A DNA stretch of 64,000 nt, from positions 33,849 to 97,848 of IMG/VR virus record IMGVR_UViG_3300027921_000016; one strand, written 5' to 3'. Positions 63,879 to 64,000 of the stretch are shown piece after piece. A model generated the notes under the pieces. That model searched no databases. It saw nothing but the letters and a program-made list of their open reading frames with translations, and had not been told where the DNA came from. The stretch is from a virus. The translations under genes were made by a program, and so were the position numbers. Within the stretch, counting starts at the first letter, position 1; every line of letters begins with the position of its first letter.

Positions 63879-64000
63879 GTCCACGGGTTTTCCTCATTTT
63901 CTGCTGCCATGACGTGTATCAAATCGCGCAATGCTTCTCTCACACGCGGGCTGCGACCGCCGCCACGAGCCGTGCAAAACTCAACCGATACAACAGCCGG
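63833..64000 (-). CDS. 3' end of cassette ORF (partial)
   Basis: SVEFCTARGGGRSPRVREAL...WTPNAGVTG*, reading through attC. Confidence 0.6.
   Translation of the reverse strand, partial: PAVVSVEFCTARGGGRSPRVREALRDLIHVMAAENEENPWTPNAGVTGANPSSSA

Noticed and set aside
1-64000. Long plus-strand ORFs (e.g. 9340-10470, 30011-30913, 32801-33973, 55867-56985)
   Set aside because: Antisense shadows of well-supported minus-strand genes; no motifs or RBS
1-64000. Apparent excess of GTAC tetramers
   Set aside because: Visual impression only; needs a k-mer count corrected for codon usage

Overview
This 64-kb window is part of a tailed dsDNA phage genome (siphovirus-like, GC-rich, host probably a Proteobacterium), with essentially all genes on the minus strand. 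In transcription order (right to left): (1) an early host-takeover region with sigma70 promoters, tRNA-Arg, RapZ-C-like, DnaJ, HD/(p)ppGpp-hydrolase-like, ATP ligase, a truncated PPDK-like kinase, CsrA-like and two Cys-based phosphatases; (2) a family A DNA polymerase with three inteins, then a dNTP diphosphohydrolase; (3) a small array of integron-type attC cassettes; (4) head genes: portal with intein, a 1501-aa MuF polyprotein (2 ADP-ribosyltransferases, an Acb1-like domain, an intein), XkdF-like protease/scaffold and major capsid; (5) tail genes, including a -1 frameshift chaperone pair and tape measure; (6) lysis genes, an HNH, an AAA ATPase and a replication initiator. No terminase or integrase is visible. 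Most striking signals: a 14-bp near-palindrome TGCAAT(CA/TG)ATTGCA present at least 25 times in genes and at fixed offsets from promoters; reverse-oriented integron gene cassettes inside a phage; a K-x-NPYHD-xx-G-R/L-F tag shared by MuF effector domains and an unlinked small gene; an HNH overprinted out-of-frame in an intein; and a PPDK-derived kinase clustered with two phosphatases. All protein assignments are by eye from motifs, without database searches.
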